Shown piece by piece: positions 40,160 through 49,267 of a stretch of DNA of 64,000 nt; position 1 is the stretch's first letter; every line of letters starts with the position of its first letter. Both the position numbers and the translations under genes were made by a program. The DNA is from Alphaproteobacteria bacterium. GTDB lineage: Bacteria; Pseudomonadota; Alphaproteobacteria; UBA828. The notes below the pieces were generated by a model, which did no database searches, was not told where the DNA came from, and saw nothing but the letters and a program-made list of their open reading frames with translations. Location of the stretch: NCBI GenBank assembly GCA_965221125.1, contig CBDCRW010000006.1:858750-922749 (forward strand), read 5' to 3'.

Positions 40160-42187
40160 TCAGTCGTCCTCCTTCGCGGCGGCGAGCACATCGTCGGCGA
40201 GCCGCCCGGTAAGCTCCTGCAGGCGATCGAACTGCGATTCGAAGGTGCCGACGCCGAGAGTGAGCGAGCGCAGCTCGATGATCAGATCGTGCATCTCCGA
40301 CTGGGGCATCTGGCTGGTGAGCTCGTCCCACCCGGACCAGTCCTCGCGCGCCTGGTAGCCCAGAACCTGGCCGCGCCGACCCGTCACCAGCCGCTGGACG
40401 TTCGGCGTGAACTCGCTCGGCACCAGGATCTTGACCTCGCAGATGGGCTCCAGCAGCACGGGGTTGCACTTGGGCAACGCTTCCGACATCGCCATGCGGC
40501 CGGCGGTCTTGAAGGCCATCTCCGAGCTGTCCACGGAGTGGTGCTTGCCGTCGGTCAGCGTCACCGAGACGTCGACCACGGGAAAGCCCAAGGGCCCGCT
40601 CGCAAGAAAGTCGCGCACCCCGGCTTCCACCGCGGGAATGTACTGGCGCGGCACGGCGCCGCCGACGACCTTCTCCTGAAACTCGAAGCCCGTGCCGCGC
40701 GGCAGCGGCTTCACGTCGATATGCACGTCGCCGAACTGGCCATGGCCGCCGGTCTGCTTCTTGAAGCGCGCGTGCTGGGAGACCGGCTTCCGGATCGCCT
40801 CCTTGTAGGCGACCTTGGGCTTCTCGGTCTGCATGGCGAGCCCGTACTTGCCGGCGAGGCGATCGAGCGCGACCTTCAGGTGCATCTCGCCCTGGCCCCA
40901 GAGCACCGCCTCCTGCGTGTCCGGATTGGGCGAGAAGCTCAGCGACGGGTCCTCCTGGGCGAGGCGGCTCATCGCGCCCGACACCTTGACCTCGTCCTCG
41001 CGCCGGCTCGCCCTGACGGCGAAGGCGTAGACCGACGAGGGAAGCGCCGCGCGCGGCACGGGCTCGACGCCGGGCCCGTCGGCAGGAGAGACAGTGTCGC
41101 CGGTGACGATGGATTCGAGGCGCCCGAGGCCTACGATCTCGCCGGCTCCCGCCTTGTCGATCTTGTTCTGATTCTGGCCCTGCATCCGGTACATGCCGCC
41201 GATACGCTGGCCGTCGTTGAGCGTCATGCCGTCTTCGATGGTCCCGGCCCACACCCGTGCCAGCGAGACCTTGCCGCCGTGCTGGGTGATGTAGGTCTTG
41301 ACGACCTGCCCGATCGTGGCGCCTTCGGCGCCGGCCGGCAGCCGGCGAGCCGCCAGAGCATCGCCCGGTGCCAGGTCGACCAGCGAGTCCAGCAGGCGGC
41401 GCACGCCCCAGTCCCTCTCGGCCGAGCCCATCATCACCGGCACCACGCCAGCGTCCGCCAGCACGGCGCGCAGGAAGGCCTGAATCTCCGGGGGCTCCGG
41501 GATCTCGTCCTCGAGCAGCCGCTCCAGGAGGCTGTCGTCGAAGTCCGCCAGGCTCTCCAGGAGCTGCGTCTGCGCGTCCTCCTGGCGCTCCGCAACCGTT
41601 TCGGGCGCATCGACGTCGACGGCCCCTTCCTGGTCCCGATACTCGTAGGCCTTACCCGTAATCAGATCGACGTAGCCCGTGACGTTGTCGCCGTCGCGGA
41701 TCGCGACCTGGCAGGGCACCAGGGGGCGGTCGCTGACCGGCTGCATCGCCTCGATCAGCTCGGCGATCCGTACCGCCGTCTCGTCCATCCTGTTGGTGAA
41801 GAGAACGTGCGGAATCTCGTGCTGGGCCAGGAACTTGAACAGCCGCCCCAAGGTCCAGACCCGATTCACGTCGGGGGAGCAGACGATGACGGCGAGGTCG
41901 ACGCCCATGAGCGCGTTGGCGGTCTCGGCGAAGAACTCGATCGATCCCGGACAATCCAGGACCGTAAAGCGCTGATCCCGATACGAGAACGAGGCGGCGT
42001 TGACCTCCACGCTCGACTGGCGCGCCCGTGCCTCGTCGGACCAGTCGCCCACCGTGTTCCCGTCCGTGACCCTGCCCTTGCGGCCGATGGCGCCGGACAC
42101 GAACAACATGCTCTCGAGGAGTGTGGTCTTGCCGCTCGTATAGGGGCCGACAAGCGCAATGTTCAGCGCCCCGGTCGAATCGCTCAT
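40160..42187 (-). CDS. elongation factor G paralogue (EF-G2-like)
   Basis: GPYTSGKTT, DCPG, NRMD, GQGEMHL, KKQTGGHGQFG, DGKHHSVDSSEMAF, LLEPI. Not in an rpsL-rpsG context. Confidence 0.92.
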   Translation of the reverse strand: MSDSTGALNIALVGPYTSGKTTLLESMLFVSGAIGRKGRVTDGNTVGDWSDEARARQSSVEVNAASFSYRDQRFTVLDCPGSIEFFAETANALMGVDLAVIVCSPDVNRVWTLGRLFKFLAQHEIPHVLFTNRMDETAVRIAELIEAMQPVSDRPLVPCQVAIRDGDNVTGYVDLITGKAYEYRDQEGAVDVDAPETVAERQEDAQTQLLESLADFDDSLLERLLEDEIPEPPEIQAFLRAVLADAGVVPVMMGSAERDWGVRRLLDSLVDLAPGDALAARRLPAGAEGATIGQVVKTYITQHGGKVSLARVWAGTIEDGMTLNDGQRIGGMYRMQGQNQNKIDKAGAGEIVGLGRLESIVTGDTVSPADGPGVEPVPRAALPSSVYAFAVRASRREDEVKVSGAMSRLAQEDPSLSFSPNPDTQEAVLWGQGEMHLKVALDRLAGKYGLAMQTEKPKVAYKEAIRKPVSQHARFKKQTGGHGQFGDVHIDVKPLPRGTGFEFQEKVVGGAVPRQYIPAVEAGVRDFLASGPLGFPVVDVSVTLTDGKHHSVDSSEMAFKTAGRMAMSEALPKCNPVLLEPICEVKILVPSEFTPNVQRLVTGRRGQVLGYQAREDWSGWDELTSQMPQSEMHDLIIELRSLTLGVGTFESQFDRLQELTGRLADDVLAAAKEDD

Positions 42188-42399
42188 GTTATCTCCCTTT
42201 ACCCAGAGCCGCGCCGGCGGGCTTCGCCCCGCGGTCGCGGGGGCCGGCATGTTTCCAGCGCCTAGGCCGGATTGCAACAGCGATTACCGCCTGAATTGGG
42301 ACGAATTGCGACAAAGCGCGCGACGGAGCGCCCAGTCTGGCGCGGGCAGGATGGGGCGGCTATGGTGCCCGGCGACAGGATGCAAGAGGCGCGCGTCGG

Positions 42400-43143
42400 T
42401 TGAGCATCTGGGGAAAGGTGATCGGAGGCGCCGCGGGGTTCGCGCTCGGCGGCCCCATCGGCGCGATCGTGGGCGTCGCTGCGGGCCATTTCGTGGACCG
42501 CATGGCCCGCGGCCGCAGCGTCCGGCGCATCGGCGCGGGCGACCAGGAAACCAAGCAGGCCGCAGTCTCCATCGCCCTCGTAGTGCTCGCGGCCAAGATG
42601 GCGAAGGCGGACGGCCGCGTCACCCGCGAGGAGATCGACGCGTTCAAGCGCGTCTTCCGTGTTCCCGACGCCCATGCGGCGGCGGTGGGGCGCATCTGGG
42701 ACGAGGCGCGGCGCGAGGCGGAGGGCTTCGAGCCCTATGCCGAGCAGATCGTGCAGATCTTCCCGCACGACACCACCATGCGCGAGGAGCTGCTCGGCGC
42801 GCTCTTCCAGATCGCCATGGCCGATGGCGAGCTGCACCAGGGTGAGCGCGCCTATCTCGAACGCGTCGCCCAGATCTTCGGCTTCGACGAGCGCGGCTTC
42901 GCGCAGATCATGTCGCGCCACATGGGCGGTGGCGAGGCCGATCCCTACCAGGTGCTCGGCGTCGAGCCCGATGCCACGGACGAAGAGATCAAGCGGACCT
43001 ACCGCCGGCTCATCGTGGAACATCACCCCGACAAGCTCATCGCCGAGGGAATGCCGGAGGAGATGGTCCAGGTCGCGAACGACCAGATGGCTGCGATCAA
43101 CGCGGCCTACGACAGGATCGCCAAGCTTCGCGGGCTACGCTGA
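42400..43143 (+). CDS. djlA: DjlA-like co-chaperone (TerB-like + J domain)
   Basis: N-terminal TM with GGPIGA, AKMAKADGRVT, J domain DPYQVLG..HHPDK. Confidence 0.92.
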   Translation: MSIWGKVIGGAAGFALGGPIGAIVGVAAGHFVDRMARGRSVRRIGAGDQETKQAAVSIALVVLAAKMAKADGRVTREEIDAFKRVFRVPDAHAAAVGRIWDEARREAEGFEPYAEQIVQIFPHDTTMREELLGALFQIAMADGELHQGERAYLERVAQIFGFDERGFAQIMSRHMGGGEADPYQVLGVEPDATDEEIKRTYRRLIVEHHPDKLIAEGMPEEMVQVANDQMAAINAAYDRIAKLRGLR

Positions 43144-43202
43144 CCGCGCCCTGAGCGCACCCCTGGTCCTAAGCCCGCTGCTCTCGCCGTTCCTGCCGCT
43201 TC

Positions 43203-44078
43203 ATGCAGCCGAGTCACATCGCGATCGCGGTCGGCACGGCCCTGCTGTGGGGCTTCGGCTTCGTGACCAGCAAGTACGGCGCGGACCACATGCCGCCGCT
43301 GTTCTTCCTGGCGCTGCGCTTCACCCTGATGGCGCTGATGCTGGTCTGGTTCGTGCGCCCGCCCAGCGGCCGCTGGCTCGCCGTGAGCCTCTTCGCGCTG
43401 ACCATGGGCGTCGGCCACTTCGGCCTCTTCTATATCGCGCTCAATATCGGGGTGGAGGCCTCGACCGCGGCGATCATCTGGATCACGCAGGTGCCGCTCA
43501 GCGCCATCTTCGCGGGGCTTCTTCTGCGCGAGCGCCCCGGCTGGCTCGCCATCCTCGGTATCGCGATCGCCTTCGGCGGCGCCGTGCTGCTGGTGGGCGA
43601 GCCGCGCCATACCGGCAATGCGGTCGGCATCGGGCTGATGTTCGGGTCCAGCATCGCATGGGCAATCGCCAACGTGCAGGTCAAGCGCCTCACCGATATC
43701 TCCCCCCTGTCGTTGAACGCCTGGATGTCGGCGGTCTCGGCGCTGCTCCTCTTTCCGCTGTCCTTCGCCCTGGAGGAAGGGCACCTCGCGAGCCTGCTGC
43801 AGCCGGACTGGCGCTTGCACGGCTCGCTGCTCTATCAGGTGTTCGGCTCGACCCTGCTGGCCTACTGGGCCTGGTACTATCTGCTCGCGCACAACCGGGT
43901 GGCGACGGTCGCGGGCTTCATGCTGCTGGTGCCGGTGGTCGGCGTGATCTTCGGTGTCTTCATCCTGGGCGACCCGCTCACCTGGCAGACGCTGGTGGGC
44001 GGCGTGATCATCGTCTCCGGCGTCGCCCTCATCGTGCTCAGGCGCGAGAGGGCCTCCGTGGTGAAGACCCGCTCATGA
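43203..44078 (+). CDS. DMT/EamA family transporter
   Basis: About 10 TM segments, LWG..ALRF, two EamA repeats. Confidence 0.9.
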   Translation: MQPSHIAIAVGTALLWGFGFVTSKYGADHMPPLFFLALRFTLMALMLVWFVRPPSGRWLAVSLFALTMGVGHFGLFYIALNIGVEASTAAIIWITQVPLSAIFAGLLLRERPGWLAILGIAIAFGGAVLLVGEPRHTGNAVGIGLMFGSSIAWAIANVQVKRLTDISPLSLNAWMSAVSALLLFPLSFALEEGHLASLLQPDWRLHGSLLYQVFGSTLLAYWAWYYLLAHNRVATVAGFMLLVPVVGVIFGVFILGDPLTWQTLVGGVIIVSGVALIVLRRERASVVKTRS

Positions 44079-44110
44079 CCCGCGCGGGCAGGGGCATACG
44101 GCGATAGGCG

Positions 44111-44896
44111 ATGGCGGAACCAGGCGCGATAGGAGAGAGCCTTGCCGGGCGGGCCGTGATCGACCGGCCCTCGCCCAACTGGGACGAGCGGCCGGCGGAC
44201 GCAGGCCCGGTCGACACCCTGGTCCTGCACTACACCGGCATGGTCTCCGCCGAGGCAGCCCTCGATCGGCTGACGGACGCCGGCGCCAGGGTCAGCGCGC
44301 ACTGGTGCGTCGGCGAAGACGGCACGCTCTGGCGCCTGGTGCCAGAGGAGCGGCGCGCCTGGCATGCGGGAGTGAGCGAATGGCGCGGGCGGCGCGCGCT
44401 GAACGACGTCTCGATCGGGATCGAGCTGGTCAATCCCGGTCACGAGCACGGCTACCGCCCGTTCCCGCCCGCCCAGATGGATGCCCTGCTGGACCTCGCC
44501 CGCGCCATCGTCGCCCGGCACCCCATCGATCCCCGCAACGTGGTGGCGCACGCGGACATCGCGCCTGCGCGCCGGCAGGATCCCGGCGAGCTCTTCGACT
44601 GGGCGCGCCTCGCCGAGGCAGGCATCGGCCTCTGGCCCGAGAGCGCCGGCGAGCCCGTGGCGGAGGGGCTAACGCTGCGCCAGGGCGATCGGGGCGCTGC
44701 CGTCAGGCGGCAGCAGGCGCGCTTGCGGGCGGTCGGCTACGGCCTCGTGGTCGACGGCGACTTCGGCACGGCCACGGCCGCCGTCGTGCGCGCCTTCCAA
44801 CGGCATTTCCGTCAGGCACGCGTCGACGGGGCGATCGATGCCGGCACGGAGACCGCGCTCGACCGGGTGAGCGGGCTTGCCGCCGGGCGTGGCTGA
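44111..44896 (+). CDS. N-acetylmuramoyl-L-alanine amidase (AmiD/AmpD-type) with peptidoglycan-binding domain
   Basis: SPNWDER, LHYTGM, VSAH, AWHAGVS, SIGIELVN, DPGELF, AFQRHFR. Confidence 0.93.
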   Translation: MAEPGAIGESLAGRAVIDRPSPNWDERPADAGPVDTLVLHYTGMVSAEAALDRLTDAGARVSAHWCVGEDGTLWRLVPEERRAWHAGVSEWRGRRALNDVSIGIELVNPGHEHGYRPFPPAQMDALLDLARAIVARHPIDPRNVVAHADIAPARRQDPGELFDWARLAEAGIGLWPESAGEPVAEGLTLRQGDRGAAVRRQQARLRAVGYGLVVDGDFGTATAAVVRAFQRHFRQARVDGAIDAGTETALDRVSGLAAGRG

Positions 44897-44906
44897 AAGG
44901 GGCTTC

Positions 44907-44935
44907 TTGACCGGGCCCGGATGCGGGCGTAGTCA
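44907..44935 (+). promoter_or_regulatory. rnpB promoter
   Basis: TTGACC-N17-TAGTCA, 6 nt upstream of the P1 helix start. Confidence 0.65.
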
Positions 44936-44941
44936 GGGTGG

Positions 44942-45343
<402 letters not shown>

Positions 45344-45627
45344 ACTTCTCCCCACCGGCGCTCCGACTACCCCCACCGCAATATATTGAGGGGTTCGTGA
45401 CCCCTCAGCCGCAATATAGTGCGATATCGACATGGACTCCCGATAGGTCCGACCAGTAACGAATCAAAGGAACATTTAGCGAACATATAGTTGAACTCCG
45501 CCGGGACTTGGACCCGCACCGGCGGTGACTGGCGTTCTTGTCATCCTCTCCGACCCCACTCGGCCATGAGCTTCGAGTCGCCGGATCGCTCCATTTGCCG
45601 ATCCGCCTGAACACTTGAATTTTTCAC

Positions 45628-45675
45628 TTGCGACCATATTGTCCCATAGCGTACCATGCTATCCCATGACATCCC
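45628..45675 (+). promoter_or_regulatory. dcw promoter with MraZ-type 10-bp-period repeats
   Basis: TTGCGA-N18-TACCAT overlapped by CCAT at 45634, 45644, 45654 and 45664. Confidence 0.65.
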
Positions 45676-45775
45676 GGATCAGAGCGGGAACGTAGTCCCG
45701 AGACCAGAGCGGGAACGAACGGAGCGGTGACGAGCGACGGCACGGCGAGCAGGGCAGGCGCCCGAGGAGCAAGCG

Positions 45776-46246
45776 GTGGCTCTCTTTACCGGTAGGGTGG
45801 TCAACAAGGTGGATCGCAAGGGGCGGGTTTCCATCCCTGCGGCCTTCCGCAATCAGTTGGCCGGGCAGACCTTCTTCGGGGTGGCGGTCTATCCCTCCGT
45901 GGACAGGAGCCCGTCCCTGACCGCCTGCGGCGTCGACGTCCTCGAAGGCCTGGGCGACCGCTTCCGCGCCACCAGCCCGTTCGATCCCAGCTACACCGAT
46001 GCGCGCATGGCGCTCTTCGCCGACGTGCAGCAGCTCCCGTTCGACAGCGACGGGCGGGTGCTGCTGACCGCCGACCTGCTTGAGCATGCCGGGATCACCA
46101 CCCACGCCGCCTTCGTCGGCATGGGCGACCTGTTCCGGGTCTGGGAGCCCGACACCGCCGATGCCGCGCTGCGCGCCGTGCGGGAGAAGTCGCCCGAGGA
46201 GCGGGCCCAGCTGGAGCTGCCGCCGCCACCGGGAGCGGGCCGGTGA
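45776..46246 (+). CDS. mraZ: transcriptional regulator MraZ
   Basis: Two DxxxR motifs (DRKGRV, DSDGRV), first gene of the dcw cluster. Confidence 0.95.
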   Translation: MALFTGRVVNKVDRKGRVSIPAAFRNQLAGQTFFGVAVYPSVDRSPSLTACGVDVLEGLGDRFRATSPFDPSYTDARMALFADVQQLPFDSDGRVLLTADLLEHAGITTHAAFVGMGDLFRVWEPDTADAALRAVREKSPEERAQLELPPPPGAGR

Positions 46247-47214
46247 GTGCCGCCCCCCATCATGTCCCCGTCCTGAAGGACGCGATGCTCTCCCTCGTCG
46301 CGCCCAGGGACGGCGGCATCTATGTGGACGGCACTTTCGGCGGCGGCGGCTACAGCCGGGCCCTCCTCGAGGCGGCCTCCTGCGTGGTGTACGGGATTGA
46401 TCGCGACGCTGCGGCGCTCAGGACGGGCGGTGCACTGTCAGCCCGGTTTGACGGCAGGCTGATCCTGCTCCAAGGCCGCTTCGCCGAGATGGCGTCCCTG
46501 CTGGCGCCCCACGGCGTGAACACGGTGGACGGGATCGTCCTCGATCTCGGTCTCTCCTCGCGCCAGCTCGACGACGCCTCGCGCGGCTTCTCGTTCCGTC
46601 TCGACGGGCCGCTCGACATGCGCATGGACCGGGACGACCCGGGGCCGACTGCGGCCGACCTGGTCAATGGCGGGACGGAGGCCGAGCTGGCCGCCATCAT
46701 CGCGGGCTTCGGCGAGGAGCGCCGGGCGCGCGCCATCGCGCGGGCCATCGCCGCGGCCCGTGCCGAGGCGCCGATCACGCGCACCGGCCAGCTTGCCGAC
46801 ATCGTGCGGCGTGCTGCGGCGCGGCCGCCGCGCGGCGGGATCGATCCGGCGACACGCACCTTCCAGGCGCTCCGCATCCGCGTCAACGACGAGATCGGCG
46901 AGATCGAGCGGGGCCTGCAGCAGATCGAGCAACTCCTGCGGCCCGGCGGGCGCACCATCGTCGTGTCCTTCCACTCGCTCGAGGACCGGCCCGTCAAACG
47001 CTTCTTCCGCGAGCGGAGCGGGCAGCGGCAGGCCAATCGCCACGAGCCGCAGGGTGCCATGAAATCGCCCGATCCCACCTTCACGTTGCTCACCCGCCGG
47101 GCGCGCAAGCCGGACGCAGCGGAGGTCTCGGCGAACCCGCGGGCACGCTCGGCACGGCTGCGTGCGGCCGAGCGTACCGCCGCGCCGCCCCGGCACGAGA
47201 GGCTCGTCGCATGA
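46243..47214 (+). CDS. rsmH: 16S rRNA m4C1402 methyltransferase
   Basis: HVPVL, DGTFGGGG, DLGLSS, LDMRM, FHSLED, NPRARSARLR. Confidence 0.97.
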   Translation: MSAAPHHVPVLKDAMLSLVAPRDGGIYVDGTFGGGGYSRALLEAASCVVYGIDRDAAALRTGGALSARFDGRLILLQGRFAEMASLLAPHGVNTVDGIVLDLGLSSRQLDDASRGFSFRLDGPLDMRMDRDDPGPTAADLVNGGTEAELAAIIAGFGEERRARAIARAIAAARAEAPITRTGQLADIVRRAAARPPRGGIDPATRTFQALRIRVNDEIGEIERGLQQIEQLLRPGGRTIVVSFHSLEDRPVKRFFRERSGQRQANRHEPQGAMKSPDPTFTLLTRRARKPDAAEVSANPRARSARLRAAERTAAPPRHERLVA

Positions 47215-47528
47215 TGCGGCACCTGGTTGTCATATCGATCGCAGCGTTCGTGCTCTCGATGCTGGCGCTCTTCCTCGTGAAGCACGAGGTGCGCGGGCTG
47301 GAGCGCGAGCTCGCCGCGCTGGAGCTCGACCGCCAGCGGCACGTTGAGGCGATCCGCGTGCTCCGCTCCGAGTGGAGCTACCTCACCCGGCCCTCGAGGA
47401 TCGCGTCGCTCGCCGCGCGGCATCTGCCGCTCGAGCAGGTGCAGCCCGCGCAGGTTCGCTGGCTGCCCGGCCGTCCCGCCGGGCCCGCCGCTCTGATTAC
47501 GCCGGTTGGCGGGGAGATCGAGCGGTGA
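47211..47528 (+). CDS. ftsL: cell division protein FtsL
   Basis: Single TM plus coiled coil, VLRSEWSYLTRP, located between rsmH and ftsI. Confidence 0.85.
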   Translation: MMRHLVVISIAAFVLSMLALFLVKHEVRGLERELAALELDRQRHVEAIRVLRSEWSYLTRPSRIASLAARHLPLEQVQPAQVRWLPGRPAGPAALITPVGGEIER

Positions 47529-49267
47529 GGGATCTCGCAATACGGCGCTGGTGGCGCCGCGATCGCACGCCGCTTCCTCCGGGTGAGTCGGAGGCGGCGG
47601 CGTCCGCGCGCCTGGAGAGCGCGCGCGGGCGCCTGCTGGCCACCGGGGTGATTCTCCTTCTCTGCTTCGGCGCAGTGGTCGTCCGCACCCTCGACGTGGC
47701 GGTGATCGGCGCTCCCGTCGCCACCGCCGGCGCCGGCGGCGCAGCCGCCTTCAACCCCGCCGCGCGGGCGGACATCGTGGACCGCAACGGCGTCCTCCTG
47801 GCCTCGAACCTGCCCACCCACGCGCTCTACGTCGAGCCGGCCAAGATCTTCGATCGCGCAGAAGCCGTCGCCGCGCTGGGCCGGATATTCCCCGACCTCG
47901 ACCTGGAGCGCGCGGCGTCCCTCGTCGCGTCCGACAGAAAGACCGCGCTACTGCGGCACAACCTCTCGCCGGAGCAGGCGCACGCCATCAACCGCCTCGG
48001 CATTCCCGGTCTCTGGTTGGAGCGCCAGGAGCAGCGCTTCTATCCGCAGGGGCGCCTCTTCGCCCATGCGGTCGGCTTCACGGACGTGGATAACCGGGGT
48101 CTCGCCGGCGTCGAGAAGGCGGCGGGCGAGGAGCTGCGGCGCCGCGCCGCGACCCGGCAGGGCCCGCTTGCGCTCTCGCTCGACATCCGAATCCAGCACG
48201 TCCTCGCCGAGGCGCTGGCCGAGACCATGACCGCCCATCGGGCGCTCGGCGCCGCCGGCATGGTGATGGACGTGGGGAGCGGCGAGCTGCTGGCCCTGGT
48301 CAGCCTGCCCGCGTTCGACCCGAAAGGGCCGGACCGGAGCACCAAGGAGGAGCGTTTCAACCGCGCCACGCTCGGCACCTACGAGCTGGGCTCCACCTTC
48401 AAGCCCTTCACCATCGCCATGGCGCTTGATCAGGGCATCGCCGGGATCGAGGACAGTTACGACGCCACAGAGCCGATCAGGGTCTCGCGCCACCTCATCC
48501 GCGATCATCGCCCCGAGAACCGCTGGCTGACCCTGCCCGAGATCCTCATCCACTCCTCCAACATCGCGGCGGCGAAGCTGGCGGTGGACGTGGGCGCGGA
48601 GCGCCAGAAATCGTTCCTCGACGCGTTCGGCATGTTCCGGCGGATGCCGCTTGAGACGTCGGAGCGCGGCTTTCCCATCGTGCCCCGGCGCTGGTCCGAG
48701 CACACCACGATGACGGTGGGCTTCGGCCACGGGCTCGCAGTAACGCCGCTGCATCTGATCGCGAGCTACGCCACGCTCGTCAACGGCGGCTTCGCAGTGA
48801 CGCCGACGCTGCTGAAGCGAGAGCCTGGCGCACCCTTGGTGCAGCGGCGGGTCATCAGCGCCGAGACCTCCGCGATCATGCGCATGCTGCTCTACGCCGT
48901 GGTGTCCGAGGGCACGGGCAGGAAGGCGGCGGTTCCGGGCTATCTGGTGGGCGGCAAGACCGGCACGGCCGAGAAGGCCATCGGTGGCAGGTACAAGCGC
49001 GACAGCATGATCACCAACTTCGTCGGTGTCTTTCCCATCGACCGGCCGCGCTACGCGGTGCTCACGATGATGGACGAGCCCAAGGGCACCGAGGAGACCT
49101 TTGGCTTCGCGACGGCGGGTTGGACCGCAGCGCCCGTGGCCGGCAGGGTCATCGAACGGATCGCTCCGATTCTCGGCATACCCGCCGCAGTCGAGCCCGA
49201 CGAGAGCGAAGAAGCGCCGTCGATCGTCTGGGACAACGGCGAAGGGGGGCGTCATGCGTCTCTCTGA
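47525..49267 (+). CDS. ftsI: penicillin-binding protein 3 (FtsI)
   Basis: RADIVDRNG, STFK, SSN and KTG active-site motifs. GTG start overlapping the ftsL stop. Confidence 0.95.
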   Translation: MRDLAIRRWWRRDRTPLPPGESEAAASARLESARGRLLATGVILLLCFGAVVVRTLDVAVIGAPVATAGAGGAAAFNPAARADIVDRNGVLLASNLPTHALYVEPAKIFDRAEAVAALGRIFPDLDLERAASLVASDRKTALLRHNLSPEQAHAINRLGIPGLWLERQEQRFYPQGRLFAHAVGFTDVDNRGLAGVEKAAGEELRRRAATRQGPLALSLDIRIQHVLAEALAETMTAHRALGAAGMVMDVGSGELLALVSLPAFDPKGPDRSTKEERFNRATLGTYELGSTFKPFTIAMALDQGIAGIEDSYDATEPIRVSRHLIRDHRPENRWLTLPEILIHSSNIAAAKLAVDVGAERQKSFLDAFGMFRRMPLETSERGFPIVPRRWSEHTTMTVGFGHGLAVTPLHLIASYATLVNGGFAVTPTLLKREPGAPLVQRRVISAETSAIMRMLLYAVVSEGTGRKAAVPGYLVGGKTGTAEKAIGGRYKRDSMITNFVGVFPIDRPRYAVLTMMDEPKGTEETFGFATAGWTAAPVAGRVIERIAPILGIPAAVEPDESEEAPSIVWDNGEGGRHASL

